A stretch of 64,000 nucleotides of DNA from Eledone cirrhosa. Taxonomy: Eukaryota. A model generated the notes under the pieces. It saw only the letters and a program-made list of their open reading frames with translations, was not told the origin of the DNA and did no database searches. Positions 14,220 to 27,479 of this stretch are shown piece after piece (within the stretch, counting starts at the first letter, position 1; the number at the start of each line of letters is the position of its first letter). The stretch lies in contig OZ024745.1 of the NCBI GenBank assembly GCA_964016885.1, forward strand, positions 120,962,001-121,026,000, given 5' to 3'. A program made the position numbers and the translations under genes.

Positions 14220-14700
14220 TTAGTTCCACAACAATAAAATAACCCAGATAAACGATCGTCCATGATGCTCACAAGCCACATATGTTTACTTGAAGAACGA
14301 ATAAACATCCTGCCGATATTACATAACAGTACCTGTCTAAATACAAGATCTGATTTCTATAATCGCTGTCCCTATGCAGCCAAATATTTATTATCTAACT
14401 ACAAAAACCCAGACTAATTTCATCCAGTGGGGACCCAACCTGTTTGTATCCAGAGTGATCTCAATCATCTCCCTTTTCATCAGTCTAAGTTGAGTTCCCT
14501 CTCTTGCCAGCGAACTTGCGCATGACCAATGTTTTTCATATAACCTTCCATTTTTCAGCTATAAACCATTCAGTCAAGTGTGAAAATCTGCATGGAGAAA
14601 CATGTGTCCTTGATAATGGTTAATTAACGGCTGAGCTCTTATTACCCTTAGTATTGAATACTCTGGTGCATTATGGTCCACCTGGTATGTTACCATGCCC
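14220..14700 (+). mobile_element. Penelope-like 3' end with decayed hammerhead
   Basis: Reads ...CLLEERINIL...CLNTRSDFYNRCPYAAKYLLSNYK*, like the PLE C-terminal LNxRSE...C.H..KFLL motif. Then tcaag...GAAA-CATGTG-TC-cttga (14574-14613) with a broken CUGAUGA core. Confidence 0.6.
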
Positions 14701-14883
14701 TCTTTGTTATATATTTATATATATATATATATATATATACATATATATATGCAGAGGTTATATTTAATTTGTTGGGATTCAACAAGCTTAAACATGTTTA
14801 TAACTGATATAAAGCACTCAACAGTTAGTGGAGTAAATATACAATATATTAATAAATGGAAACTATATTTATAAAACCAAAAT

Positions 14884-14949
14884 TATTTTATTATACATAT
14901 TTCAAGGGCAACCAAGGTAAATTATGGTGCGCTTTCATCAGATAAAATA
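14884..14949 (-). ncRNA. type I minimal hammerhead ribozyme motif (mirror copy)
   Basis: Reverse-complement copy of 14971-15036 in the other arm of the palindrome. Confidence 0.8.
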
Positions 14950-14970
14950 CAGATTTATCAAACAAATCTG

Positions 14971-15036
14971 TATTTTATCTGATGAAAGCGCACCATAATT
15001 TACCTTGGTTGCCCTTGAAATATGTATAATAAAATA
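14971..15036 (+). ncRNA. type I minimal hammerhead ribozyme motif
   Basis: tattttat-CTGATGA-aagcgcacca...tggttgccctt-GAAA-TATGTA-TA-ataaaata: perfect 8-bp stem I, intact core, near-palindromic stem III. Confidence 0.8.
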
Positions 15037-15207
15037 ATTATGGTTTTATAAATATAGTTTCCATTTATTAATATATTGTATATATATATATATATGTTAT
15101 ACTTTGGGAGGGTAATACTGCCAAAGCATGACTCTCACAAAGTATAACAATATCTGTTTCAACACACGTTTTCAGATAAGAAATCTTGCAAAACGAATTC
15201 AAAAACA

Positions 15208-15239
<32 letters not shown>

Positions 15240-15293
15240 ATATATCACAGAAAAAAGAGAATCAGTCAGTGTTGCTACGAAAGGAATTTATTG

Positions 15294-15386
15294 GACATAT
15301 TACAATTGTTTCTCGGGCGACCAGCTCGGCACGATCGATGTGGTGATCAAACCTGACTCTGAAATCGTGCGGTCCTCAGATACGTC
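15294..15386 (-). ncRNA. hammerhead ribozyme motif with long stem II
   Basis: gacgtat-CTGAGGA-(about 60 nt containing gcacgat/atcgtgc)-GAAA-CAATTG-TA-atatgtc. Perfect ACAATTGT palindrome; the base of stem II is imperfect. Confidence 0.65.
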
Positions 15387-15909
15387 TCGATTCTACGAAG
15401 CAGATTTTCCTATTATCCTTTAACATCAAATTCCTTCGTTTGTTGATTATATATATATATATATATGGAGGCACATGACTTAATGGTTAGGGTGTTTGAT
15501 TTACAATCATAATTTTATGTTTCATTCCTGGAGTTGTACATTGTGTTCTTGAGCAAAACACTTCATTTCATATTGTGCCAGTACACTCAGCAGAACATTA
15601 GTACTGTCTGTTGCTGGGGGTTAACCCTGTTATGGTCTGGTGTCCTGTCCAGAGGGTAAGTCTTGTACTTTCAGTCATTTAAAACCAATAAAAACTGGGA
15701 TAGGCACTGGCCTAATGAGCCTCTGGGCTGGGGACAGACTTTAACTTTATATATATCTCCTGCTTAACAATCGATGTTGCTTGTTTATAACCTGTGATTA
15801 GCAGTTCAACTAAGTAAGATCAATAAAATATGAATATCAATTAAAAATTGAGGTTAAAATTTAAGCAAAAGTTTATGGTTTTTCTGTTTTGTTTTGTGAG
15901 GATTGATGG

Positions 15910-16116
15910 TTAACCCTTTAGCATTTAAACTGGCCATATCTGGCCAGAATTCTCTCACCTCTTTCTGTTCAAACCAGTCATAACTGGCCACTCCTGCCAA
16001 TGTTAACATATTGTTCTCAAAATGAATATCAAAATATTGTAGATTCAATATTATGTGAGATAATTATGTGAAAATACAATAGTAAATATAAAGTAATGTA
16101 AATGCTAAAGGGTTAA
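15910..16116. mobile_element. piggyBac-type MITE
   Basis: Perfect ttaa|ccctttagcattta ... taaatgctaaaggg|ttaa. Confidence 0.85.
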
Positions 16117-17546
16117 AATAAATACAGGGAATAATGTGATCAACTCAACCCTTCAAGATATTGAACAGGATTCAGGATGAGGCACTGATTGAAAAACCAT
16201 TAAAAGAATAAGCAACATTGTAAATTAAAACATCTCTTACATTGGACAGGAGGTGATTCCAAGGGCAGTCAATTTTCTCTGAAATTTGGTTCTAGAAAAA
16301 CAAAACAAAAAAGAAAATAAATAATCAGAACATATGAAGAAATCTTTTAAACACGGGATCCCTATTTGGGGCCACATTTTTGGAAAAACACAATTCATTT
16401 GACAATATTTTTGTTATCAACATCCCCATCATCATTATGGGTTCAATAAAATATAATACCAGTTAAGTCCAGTCCCCACCCACCAAAAATTGATAGCACT
16501 GTGCCTGAATTAGAAACTGAAACAGGGAGACGATGATGGAGACAAACTTAGTGATATCAAAGACCATTGGTTTTGGTCTGTTACCACACAATATCTGGAT
16601 TTTCTATATGTTATCTGAGAAAACAATCCTATGATATAATGGTTTCTGATTTATAATAATAAATCAGAACAGGATTTGAAATCAGAATTGCCCTTTATGT
16701 TCCGATTTAAAATCCCGTCGAGGTAAGCTTTGCCTTGCATCCTCGTGGGGGTCGATAAAATAAAGTACCAGTAATGCACTGGAGTCGATTTAATCAACTT
16801 TCCCCTCCACCAAAATTGCTGGCCTTGTGCCTATAGTAGAAAACATCATTATTATTATCATCATCATCAGGCAGTTGATTGGCAATAACGGTAGAGTGTT
16901 GGACAACATGCTTTGTGGCATATAGTTACGGACCTTTACATTTTGAGTTCGCTTTTCATTTTTATGGAGTTGATAAAATAAAGTACCAGTAATACACTGA
17001 GGTCAATTTAATCGATTTCACCTCCCCCCAAAATTGTTGGTCTTGTAACTAAATCAGAAACCATATCATAGGATTGTTTTCTCAGATACTAACTATATAG
17101 TGTAGGCGCCACGAAAAAGCACCCAGCACTCACTGTAAATGAGGTTGGTGTTGGGAAGGGCATCCAGCTGTAGAAATCAAGCCAAATCAGTTCCTGTATG
17201 AGCAAGGCATGGTCAGCCGACCAGACACTGCCCACAACAGGACAACCTGTCTAACCCATGCTAGCGTGGAAGAACGGACGTAAAACGGTGATGATGATGA
17301 AACATTTAATTGGTCTATAGCTGTCCTTGCTTTTCACTTTTTTTTTATTTTTGTTTCTTTTGCCTCTTCTCTCTCTTGCTGTTTATTAATTATAAGATGG
17401 TATTAAATATTTTTCACACTCTGTCATGGCTTGGCTTATCAGCTTTACACAGACATTTAAATTGATTAAATAAATAAATAAATTAGTAAATAAATATGCT
17501 TTGCCCTTTTCTTATCATTTGGTAAACTTACTCTTTTATTGTGCAA

Positions 17547-17591
<45 letters not shown>

Positions 17592-18346
17592 ACTTTTTCC
17601 TTCCCCATCTGTCATTTATCATCTACTATAACATTGCGAGAATGTCATTTATTACTTTCTCTTATTACAGAAATAGTTGAATGTCAATCTATAGATTTTA
17701 CTTTACTGTGTGGCTTTGATTACAATAAGAAAAGGCAAGGAGAGTAAAAATAAATTTTAAAATCTATGCAAATGCACTCACATTCTTTAGAATACAAAAA
17801 TATATTCCGGAGTTTAAATCCAACACATTTTGCATTTTTTTTTTAAAGCTTAAACAGATTTTTTTAGAAGTATATCAGAAAGTAAAATAATCAATAAAAT
17901 TAAAATTAAAATAAATACTAAGTAAACTGAAAAGAAAGATTTTTAAAGTACATTAAAATATATCAAATAATTGTTTATTCTTTTGGCACAAATCCAGCAA
18001 TTAACCCCCAGTACATTACTGGTGCTTTATTTTATCAACCCCGTAAGGATGAAAAGCAAAGTTAACCTCAGCAGAATTTGAACTAAAATATATTAAATAA
18101 TGGTTTCTTATATAGGCACAAGGCCAGCAATTTCGGGGTAGGGGAAAGTCGATTAAATCGATCCCAGTGCGTGACTGGTACTTTATTTCCTCGACCCCGT
18201 AAGGATGAAAGGCAAAGTTTACCTTTAAAAATGATGTCATGGCACTGGGTAGACGGAATCGTGTGGCCACTGTCGTCATTGAAATATGTAGCACAGCCTT
18301 CAATAAAGGACTTTAGCATCTGAAACTACTTCGCATTTTCTTATTC

Positions 18347-18378
<32 letters not shown>

Positions 18379-18454
18379 CATGCATATATATATATACATA
18401 CATACATATATACATATATATATATATACATACATGCATATATACATACATACA

Positions 18455-18490
<36 letters not shown>

Positions 18491-18493
18491 TAT

Positions 18494-19104
18494 ATGGTGG
18501 CTGCCAACTCGTTTTCGAGTACGGCCACTACTTTATATCCATGTAGGAGAACCCCTACCGAAGCGCTGAACGAGTGTGACTTTTTGTCCAGCCAGCGACT
18601 TGAAACCTCTGGTACAAACACTACACTTGTGACAATTATTGACACATAGTGCTGGGCCCATGGTACCATGTGAGGACAAGTGCAGAGAGATCTCCAGATA
18701 TAAAGCAATGCCTGTGCCGTGAAGCTTTTATAGTGAGCAAAGGCACTGCACAAAGCCAGTCCCACTCTCTTAACCAAGATGATATTTACCAAAAAGAAGA
18801 ACAAGTCAACATCATTGGATACCATCAGGGTTGCAGGTGTTATATCAGAGTTTTCCTTCTCCTAGAATTCTGCCTTGACAAAGGCTAAGGGGTCATCTCT
18901 CCCGGTGATTTTGGATGGCCATTGACTCTTAAGAGCTCCTTTGCCCTTTGACAGGTTTTGTTTTTAGTCCTGCAGGATGTCCAAAGTCACCCTCCTCACC
19001 AAGAAACCTTGGTGGGGTTGCCAGTTTAGTCGCCAACGACCCGACCATGGGACAGGTTGTACTGGGATACATGTTACCAGTAGCACCAACTGGTGACCTG
19101 ACAT

Positions 19105-19152
<48 letters not shown>

Positions 19153-19408
19153 CATATATATACATATATATATACATACATATATATACATATATATATA
19201 CATACATATATATATATATACATACATATATATATATATATACATACATATATATACATATATATATACATACATATATATATATATACATACATATATA
19301 TATATATACATACATATATATATATATACATGCATATACATATATACATACATACATATATATATATATACATACATGCATATATACATACATACATACA
19401 TATATACA

Positions 19409-19442
<34 letters not shown>

Positions 19443-19826
19443 CATACATATATACATACATATATATATACATACATATATATACATATATATATATACA
19501 TACATATATATACATAAATATATATACATATATATATACATACATATATACATACATATATATATACATACATATATATACATATATATATATATACATA
19601 TATATATACATATATATATATATACATATATATATACATATATATATATATACATATATATATACATATATATATATACATATATATATACATACATATA
19701 TATATATATACATACATATATATATATATACATACATATATATATATATACATACATATATATATATATATACATACATATATATATATATACATACATA
19801 CATACATATATATATATACATACATA

Positions 19827-19867
<41 letters not shown>

Positions 19868-20604
19868 ATATACATACATACATATATACATACATACATA
19901 TATACAGACATATATATATATACAGACATATATATATATACAGACATATATATATATATATATATATACATGGTGGCTGCCAACTCGTTTTCGAGTACGG
20001 CCACTACTTTATATCCATGTAGGAGAACCCCTACCGATGCGCTGAACGAGTGTGACTTTTTAGTCCAGCCAGCGACTTGAAAACTCTGGTACAAATACTA
20101 CACTTGTGACAATTATTGACACATAGTGCTGGGCCCATGGTACCATGTGACGACAAGTGCAGAGAGATCTCCAGATATAAAGCAATGCCTGTGCTGTCAA
20201 GCTTTTATAGTGAGCAAAGGCACTGCACAAAGCCAGTCCCACTCTCTTAATCAAGATGATATTTACCTAAAAGTCAATGGAAGCCTTGGAGTGGGGAGAC
20301 CCAAGTCAACATCATTGGATACCATCAGGGTTGCAGGTGTTATATCAGAGTTTTCCTTCTCCTAGAATTCTGCCTTGACAAAGGCTAAGGGGTCATCTCT
20401 CCCGGTAATTTTGGATGGCCATTGACTCTTATGAGCTCATTTGCCCTTTGACAGGTTTTGTTTTTAGTCCTGCAGGATGTCCAAAGTCACCCTCCTCACC
20501 AAGAAACCTTGGTGGGGTTGCCAGTTTAGTCACCAACGACCCGACCATGAGACAGGTTGTATTGGGATACATGTTACCAGTAGCACCAACTGGTGACCTG
20601 ACAT
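18494..20604. repeat. direct duplication of a block of about 610 bp (18494-19104 and 19970-20604) separated by a (TA/TACA)n tract
   Basis: The two blocks align nearly base for base; about 865 bp of compound microsatellite lies between them. Confidence 0.93.
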
Positions 20605-20657
20605 AGTATGTGTATATGTATGTGTATATGTATGTATATGTTTATATGTATAGGGGT

Positions 20658-23240
20658 TTACTTTTAGCTAGGTACTTCTCCTGTACTTCTCCGTACAATG
20701 AAGAGAGCGTCTGTTGTACTTTTACCTGACACAAACCCGAACTGCATTTCGTCTAGATCAATTCGCTCTCTGATTAGTTGCGCTATTACTTTTTCTGTGA
20801 CCTTCATGACCTGGTCAATTAATTTAATGCCTCTATAGTTTCCCCTATCTAGGGCATCACCTTTACCCTTGTAGCAATTAATGATGATGCTGCTGCGCCA
20901 GTCCTTCGGAACGACCCCATTCTGTATGACTTGGTTTACTACCCGAGTGACCATAGTGTGTCCCACCGTTCCAGATGCTTTCAGCATTTCAGCAACTATT
21001 TCTGAAGGCCCGGCCGCCTTGCTCGTCTTCATGTCTTTGATCGCCTTACTTATTATACTACCTTCAACTTGCATTGCTGGTCCCTCTATTGGGTCGATGT
21101 GGGGGAGACCGTCTTTCTCCCAATTATTCTCTTCATTTAGTAGCCTTTTGTAGTAACACTTCCAAGCTACCTTCTTATCAGCGTCAGTGATGGCAAGTAC
21201 ACCATCATCATTACAGACACACTTCTCCCCGACAATATCACTGTTTTCCTTGACACATTGCCTAGCAATCCTGAACACCTCACGTTTTTGGTCCTCGCGT
21301 TGTAGAACATGCTTGAACTTTCTTTCCTCTGCTTCCCTTCTTGCAAAGTACACTTGTCTCCTAGCTCCCTCCTGGCCACTTGATAGTCTTCTCTACTTCC
21401 CCCATCCCGCCATGCTTTCCAAGCCTGCTTTTTGGCCTCGATTGACCCCTCCACCTTACTGCTCCACCACCAAGTTACTCTCCTCCTGCCTATAGGTCTG
21501 CTCCAGCCACAGGTTTCATCTGCCGCCTTCAGCAGGTTAGCTTTCAGGAATTCCCACTGTTCCTCTATATTGTACGACTAATTGCTCTTCCTTACTATCA
21601 AAAGCATCAAGTAATATGCTTTTAAATTTATTACTGGCTGTAGGGTCCTTTAACTTCCATATTCTTCTCCTTAAGGTAGTCCTCCTCTGTTGTCGAGTAC
21701 GTCTCGTCCTGTCTATGAGGTCGCTAATTATGAGTATGTTGAGAGGTGCATTTTTCATGGGGGAGGGATTTAGTGTTTACAACAGACACTGTGTCACGTC
21801 TCCTGGTAAGGATATAATCTACCTGGCTTGTGTGTTCCCCCGATCTATAGGTGATCAAGTGATTGTCTCGTTTTTTGAAGTTAGTGTTACAGATAGTTAG
21901 GTTATTTGCGTCACAGAACTCCAGGATTCTGGAGCATTCCTCATTTCTAGTACCAAACCCATAGCCTCCATGGATTCTGTCATAGCCGTCACAATGTTGT
22001 CCAACGTGACCATTTAGGTCGCCAGTGATAACTATGTAGTCACTGTCGGTTATTTGGGAGGTGGTGAGCATTAACGTCTCATAGAATCTGTCTTTTATAA
22101 CGCCAGGCAGTCCGGATTGTGGTGCATATGCAGATATTATTGTCACAATAGTTCTATTGAGGACAAGTCTTATTTTAATTATTCTGTCGTTCACTCTATT
22201 TAGATCTATTATCTTATCTGCCCACTTTTCTGCTACCATGATTCCTACTCCACCCAGCCCATTGTCATTTCCCACCCAGAAAAGCTTATAACATCATTCT
22301 TTACCCACAATGAATCTAGCAGACCCACCCCTCCACCTGGTCTCTTGAATACAACAAACATCGACCTCCTTACGTTCAAGCATTTCTAAAACCTCGTTAG
22401 AGCGACCCTTTAAGGTGCCTACATTCGTGGTACCAACTCTGAAGTTTTGGATTGCGTTTTTAGGGTGGGAGCGGTGGGCTCAGGAGGGAGGGAGATGGGG
22501 TTATGTTAGCCATCCGCGGCCGAAACAAGGAGGAGGAGTCCTTGCATTCTCGTCCAGCAGCATGAGGTGAATTTGTCTTTATCTTTGGCATTGTCACTCA
22601 GTGTCCAGATTTTTTCTTTTCAAACTCTCCAGAATTCCGTAGTCCATCCATCATATCGAAAGGCAACCAGGTAAGTGATAGCATAAGCCGCTGACTTATG
22701 ATTGGCCCACGTAATAATGGTGGTGCGTGGGGGCGGGTGGGAGGGATATTGGGTAGTTAGCTAGAAGGGCAAGGTTTAAATAAGATCCCCGTATTTTGGG
22801 CATAATTTAACAAGCATAAAAAATACAAGATTTATTTTGAAAAATACACTAGAATTATCGAATAGAAAAGCAACAAGAATTGGATTCTGGGAGAAATGAT
22901 ACAGATTGATGAATGGACTAGGGAATTAAAATGGTGAGAAGAGTGAAGAAATATTTTTACGTTACATTACACCGTGTTATTAGCAGCCTAGCCTTAATAG
23001 GGTTGGCGGTTTCTGAGGTTTCGTACTTGCAAAGGATTTATTTTATATTTGGAGAGAGCGGAAGGGAATGGGGGCAAATCAGTATGATATAGAGGAGGGG
23101 GGGGCGTTGAAAATAGGAGGTAGCAGAGGTTAAGAGTTTAAATAAAGTCCTCGAATTTGGGGCATAATTTAACAAGCATAACAAAATATATATAAAATAT
23201 ATAAGAAGATTTGTTTTGAAAAATACGACAGAATTAAGGT
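20658..23240 (-). mobile_element. RTE-clade LINE, 5' part (5' UTR, APE endonuclease, RT N-terminus), frameshifted
   Basis: VGTTNVGTLKGR...CIQETRW, SAYAPQ, GDLNGHVG and SQVDYIL (APE); KGKGDALDRGNYRGIKL...QFGF (RT). The 5' boundary is approximate. Confidence 0.93.
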
Positions 23241-23245
23241 TAGCG

Positions 23246-23600
23246 ATATATATATATATATATATGATATATATATCATATATATATATCATATATATAT
23301 ATATCATATATATATATATCATATATATATATATCATATATATATATATCATATATATATCATATATATATATATCATATATATATATATCATATATATA
23401 TATATCATATATATATATATCATATATATATATATCATATATATATATATCATATATATATATCATATATATATCATATATATATATATATATCATATAT
23501 ATATATATATATCATATATATATATCATATATATATATATATATCATATATATATATCATATATATATATATATATCATATATATATATATATATATATC
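23246..23600. repeat. (TA)nTC microsatellite
   Basis: Unit approximately catatatatatatat. Confidence 0.95.
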
Positions 23601-23853
23601 ACCGCAAGGTGGCCGTGGAGGTGCCACGGCAAAAAAGCACCCAGCCCACACTGTAAAGTGGACGTGTAGGCGCCACGAAAAAGCACCCAGCACTCACTGT
23701 AAATGAGGTTGGTGTTAGGAAGGGCATCCAGCTGTAGAAATCAAGCCAGATCAGTTCCTGTATGAGCAAGGCATGGTCAGCCGACCAGACACTGCCCACA
23801 ACAGGACAACCCGTCTAACCCATGCTAGCGTGGAAGAACGGACGTAAAACGGT
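23600..23853 (+). mobile_element. short RTE-derived non-autonomous element
   Basis: aaaagcacccagcactcactgtaaatgaggttggtgttaggaagggcatccagctgtagaaa...ccatgctagcgtggaagaacggacg-(gat)n. Near-identical copies at 17100-17320 and 54830-55093; older ones at 10760-11285, 25290-25513, 37720-37980 and 56812-57010. Confidence 0.8.
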
Positions 23854-24563
23854 GATGATGATGATGATGATGATATATATATATCATATATATATATCAT
23901 ATATATATATCATATATATATGATATATATATATATATGATATATATGATATCCCCCGGGCCTAGCAATTAATTTATTAATTCTATTAGACAATTCTATT
24001 GACTAATTAATTTCTTAAGTTTATTTAAAAACAACCCGGTTGAAAGCTTAATTCGATTTGTGCAGTTTTTTGCAATTCTTGCAATAATTTTACACATTCT
24101 GAATCCATCCACCAAACCGGGGTTACCTCCCTTGCAAGGCAAACACGTGGGGTAAATCACTCCAATACTACTACTGCTAGGAACCTGCTCACTGGGTGAG
24201 AACAAAATACCTGTTGACAAAATGGCAGCCTTGTTCGATCGTTATACTAAAAGCATATATTGAAAGCTGACAGTATAATTGATTTAGGTGACACAGAAAC
24301 CTTCCACTGGATTATACCATCAATTTCCAGGAGGTCTAGGTAAATTCCTTTGTTTAACCTGTTTAGCTTGCTTCGTTTTTTCGGCTCCGGTAGCTAATAG
24401 CTTCATGACCGCCATTTTCAGTTTGTTTGGCCTCTATAACGTATGTTAATTGCTCTGGTCTTCTTTTAGTCCATTGAGCGCTTGCCGCATATCTTGAAAA
24501 TTGCGTTTCGCTTTGTTTTTGACCACAGCCGAAATGCGATCTCGCTGAAATTATATTTGTGTG

Positions 24564-24597
<34 letters not shown>

Positions 24598-24619
24598 AGC
24601 TAAGAATGTAGGTTTTATA

Positions 24620-25280
24620 TATAGCAGTTGCACCAGGACAGTAAGCAGCAAACGACCACAGGAAACAAGCACTACCAAATTCTGGGACGGCTCGGTAGAA
24701 ACAGTAGACAGCATCTGCTACCTAGGTCACCAAATTAGCAGCGGAGGTGGGTGTTCTGAAAGTACAGTAGCCAGGGTAAGAACGGAATGGAAGAAGTTCA
24801 GGGAGCTACTACCACTGCTAGCTGCAAAGAGCTTTTACCTCAAAATGTGAAAGACAGACTGTATGATGCATGTATACGAACAGCAATGTTGCATGGTAGT
24901 GAGACCTGCATAGATGGGAAAGAAATTGATGTTGTGTGCTCCGATGGGTGTGTAATAGTAATATACGTGAACGACAAAGCATAAACAAATTGAGAGAGAG
25001 ACTAGGCAAAAGAGGAAATGCAGTGTGCAGGAGAGGAGATTACATTGGTATGGACATGTGATGCGTATGAAGGATGACAGCTGTAAAAAGGTGCAGAGCA
25101 AGCACTAAAAGTCAATGGAAGCCTTGGAGTGGGGAGACCCAAGAAGACCTAGGATAAGGTGATAAAAGCTTATCTTGCCCAATTGCACCTCTCATAGACG
25201 ATGACACAGGACTAAGACCTCTGGCGTTACAGAGTAATACAGAAGACCCAACTTCCCACAGATACAAGCTGAAGCATATA
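24620..25280 (+). mobile_element. RTE LINE 3' fragment
   Basis: YLGHQISSGGGCSESTVARVR and LYDACIRTAMLHGSET, similar to 30870-31430. Confidence 0.88.
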
Positions 25281-25526
25281 GACAGTGTGCTCTCACTGTA
25301 AAGTGGTCATGTAGGTATCACGACAAAAAGCACCCAGCACTCACTGTAAATGAGGTTGGCACCAGGAAGGGTATCCAGCTGTAGAAATCTAGCCAGAAAC
25401 AGTTCTGTGTGAGCAAGACATGGTCACCTGACTTGGCATTGCCCACAACAGGACAATTCGTCTAACACAAGCTAGTGTGGAAAAATGGACGTAAAACGGT
25501 GATAATGATGATGACACACACATATA

Positions 25527-26784
25527 TCTCTCTATATATAAAATTCTTTGTCTCTCTGTCAGTCTGTTTCCTATGCATTCTGAAACGGCTCAACAAAATC
25601 AAATCAAATTTTAGGAGGTAATAGTATTGAACCCTGGGAGTATCAACATGTAATTTTTATTTTCATTTTGATTAAAACAATATAAGTGTTTATGTAAAAT
25701 AATATTTTTATAATCAACTATAAACCACGACCACGACAACGACTTCACATTTTGTATATGAGTGTGTATGTGTCTGTGAGTGTGTGTTATTGCGTTCGTT
25801 AAGTACATTAGGCCTCAGAACGTCAAACACACACACGCACATATCTGCACATACAAGTATATACGTGTTGACTGACAAGTATATGTGTGTGAATTTAGAC
25901 GTCACATTTTGTATATGAATGTATATGTCTGTGAGTGTGTGTGTGTGTGTGTGTGTGTATTTGGTGTGGGCGTTTGTTAGGTACTGTTAGGCCTCAGTAA
26001 GTTGCACAGAGAATTAAACACACATTTTCACATACATATACATGTGCTGACTGACAAGTATATGTATGTGAGTGTATGTGAGAGTGTATATGTGTGTGAG
26101 TATACATACATTTCTGTGACGACTGACATAACGAACACACACACACATCTAAAGAGAGAGGGACACATAGAGGGAGAGGCTGAGAGAGAAAGAGATTGGC
26201 TGTTATACAGAGAGAGAGAGATACAATCACAAACGACTCTTCAAGGCAGAATAAACTGGCTAAGAGCGGCGTTTTCATATGATCCATCGAAGAATTATAG
26301 AAATGATCCTAAAGTCGCAATTGGTAGCTTGGATATTACACTTGGCATGTGTTGCTTAGGAGGAAATGTCAGACTTCCACTGATAGAGGACCCTCCAGCT
26401 TTTATCCATCTACTGCTTACATACGATACTAACAAAGCTAAACAATTCAGAAGCAATGTTATGTGGTATATTGCTGTGTTTCAGATGACGCCCTTTGGAG
26501 CTGAAAAAGATCATACTGACTATGGTTATTTCACAACATTTAAAATCCAAGGTCAATGCTACCATTTAATCGGCAGTTTACTCATCCAGCTTAATAAGGA
26601 AGTTTTATTCTTGTTTTTTTAGGTCTTTCTCTCTCTCCCTCACACACACACACACAGACAGACACACACACACTACGGTCTCACCTCATACTGTTAACCA
26701 GACAACACATCCAATATAGTCATTTTCTCTTCTATCCGTCTTCTATTAATTCTTCTCTCGGGTGAAGCTGTGTACCTTAGCTAG
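25527..26784 (+). mobile_element. internally deleted Helitron with both termini
   Basis: 5' A|TC TCTCTATATATAAAATTC; RepHel N-terminal remnant GMCCLGGNVRLP...FQMTPFGA...TFKIQGQCYHLIGSLL (about 26270-26590); 3' cgggtgaagctgtgtac...CTAG|T. Confidence 0.85.
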
Positions 26785-27479
26785 TATATATATATATATA
26801 TAAAACTATTCTAGAACAGGAAAAAAAAAATACCAAAACAATCCCAAACATTAAATTAATTATAATGATCTTTGCAAACTCTTTCTATAGAATATTCCAT
26901 ACAAACTGTGTTTACTCCCACTAACCTTGGAATATAATCAATAACAGAACAGAATCTACAAAACAAACAAACAAAAAACAATATACAAAATTAGACTTCC
27001 TACCTACCATCATCATCATCACTGTTATCATAATCGTCATCACCATCTTTTTGCTGTCGTCATCATTACCATAACCTCATCATCATTACTGTTATAATAA
27101 TTATCATAATCATCATCACCATCATTATCATCGCCGTCTTTTTGCTGTCATCATCATCATTGTCACCACCTATGACAACAATGATGATGACAACCACCAC
27201 CATCAAAATCGTTTTATATCTTTTTTTTTCTTCATCACAGTGAATAGAATGTAGTTCTCTAAGGTAGAACCACATTTAAAAGATGATCGGTGGAAAAATC
27301 AATAATTGCCAACATACAAATGACACACACATATACACACAGATTTTAAATGCTTGACAGATCAAAGGAAAAAGTTGTTTTTTTTATTTCCCAACTATTT
27401 ATCACAAAATCCTTAGAAAATTGTACTTTGAATTCTAAATGTCGAAACTACTGATTTTATCAACTGACAATGTAAATAT

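Noticed and set aside
18929-20094. Long YI/YM/CV-rich ORFs (also 42132-43067, 23038-23656, 8549-8931, 55853-56346)
   Set aside because: Microsatellite translations.
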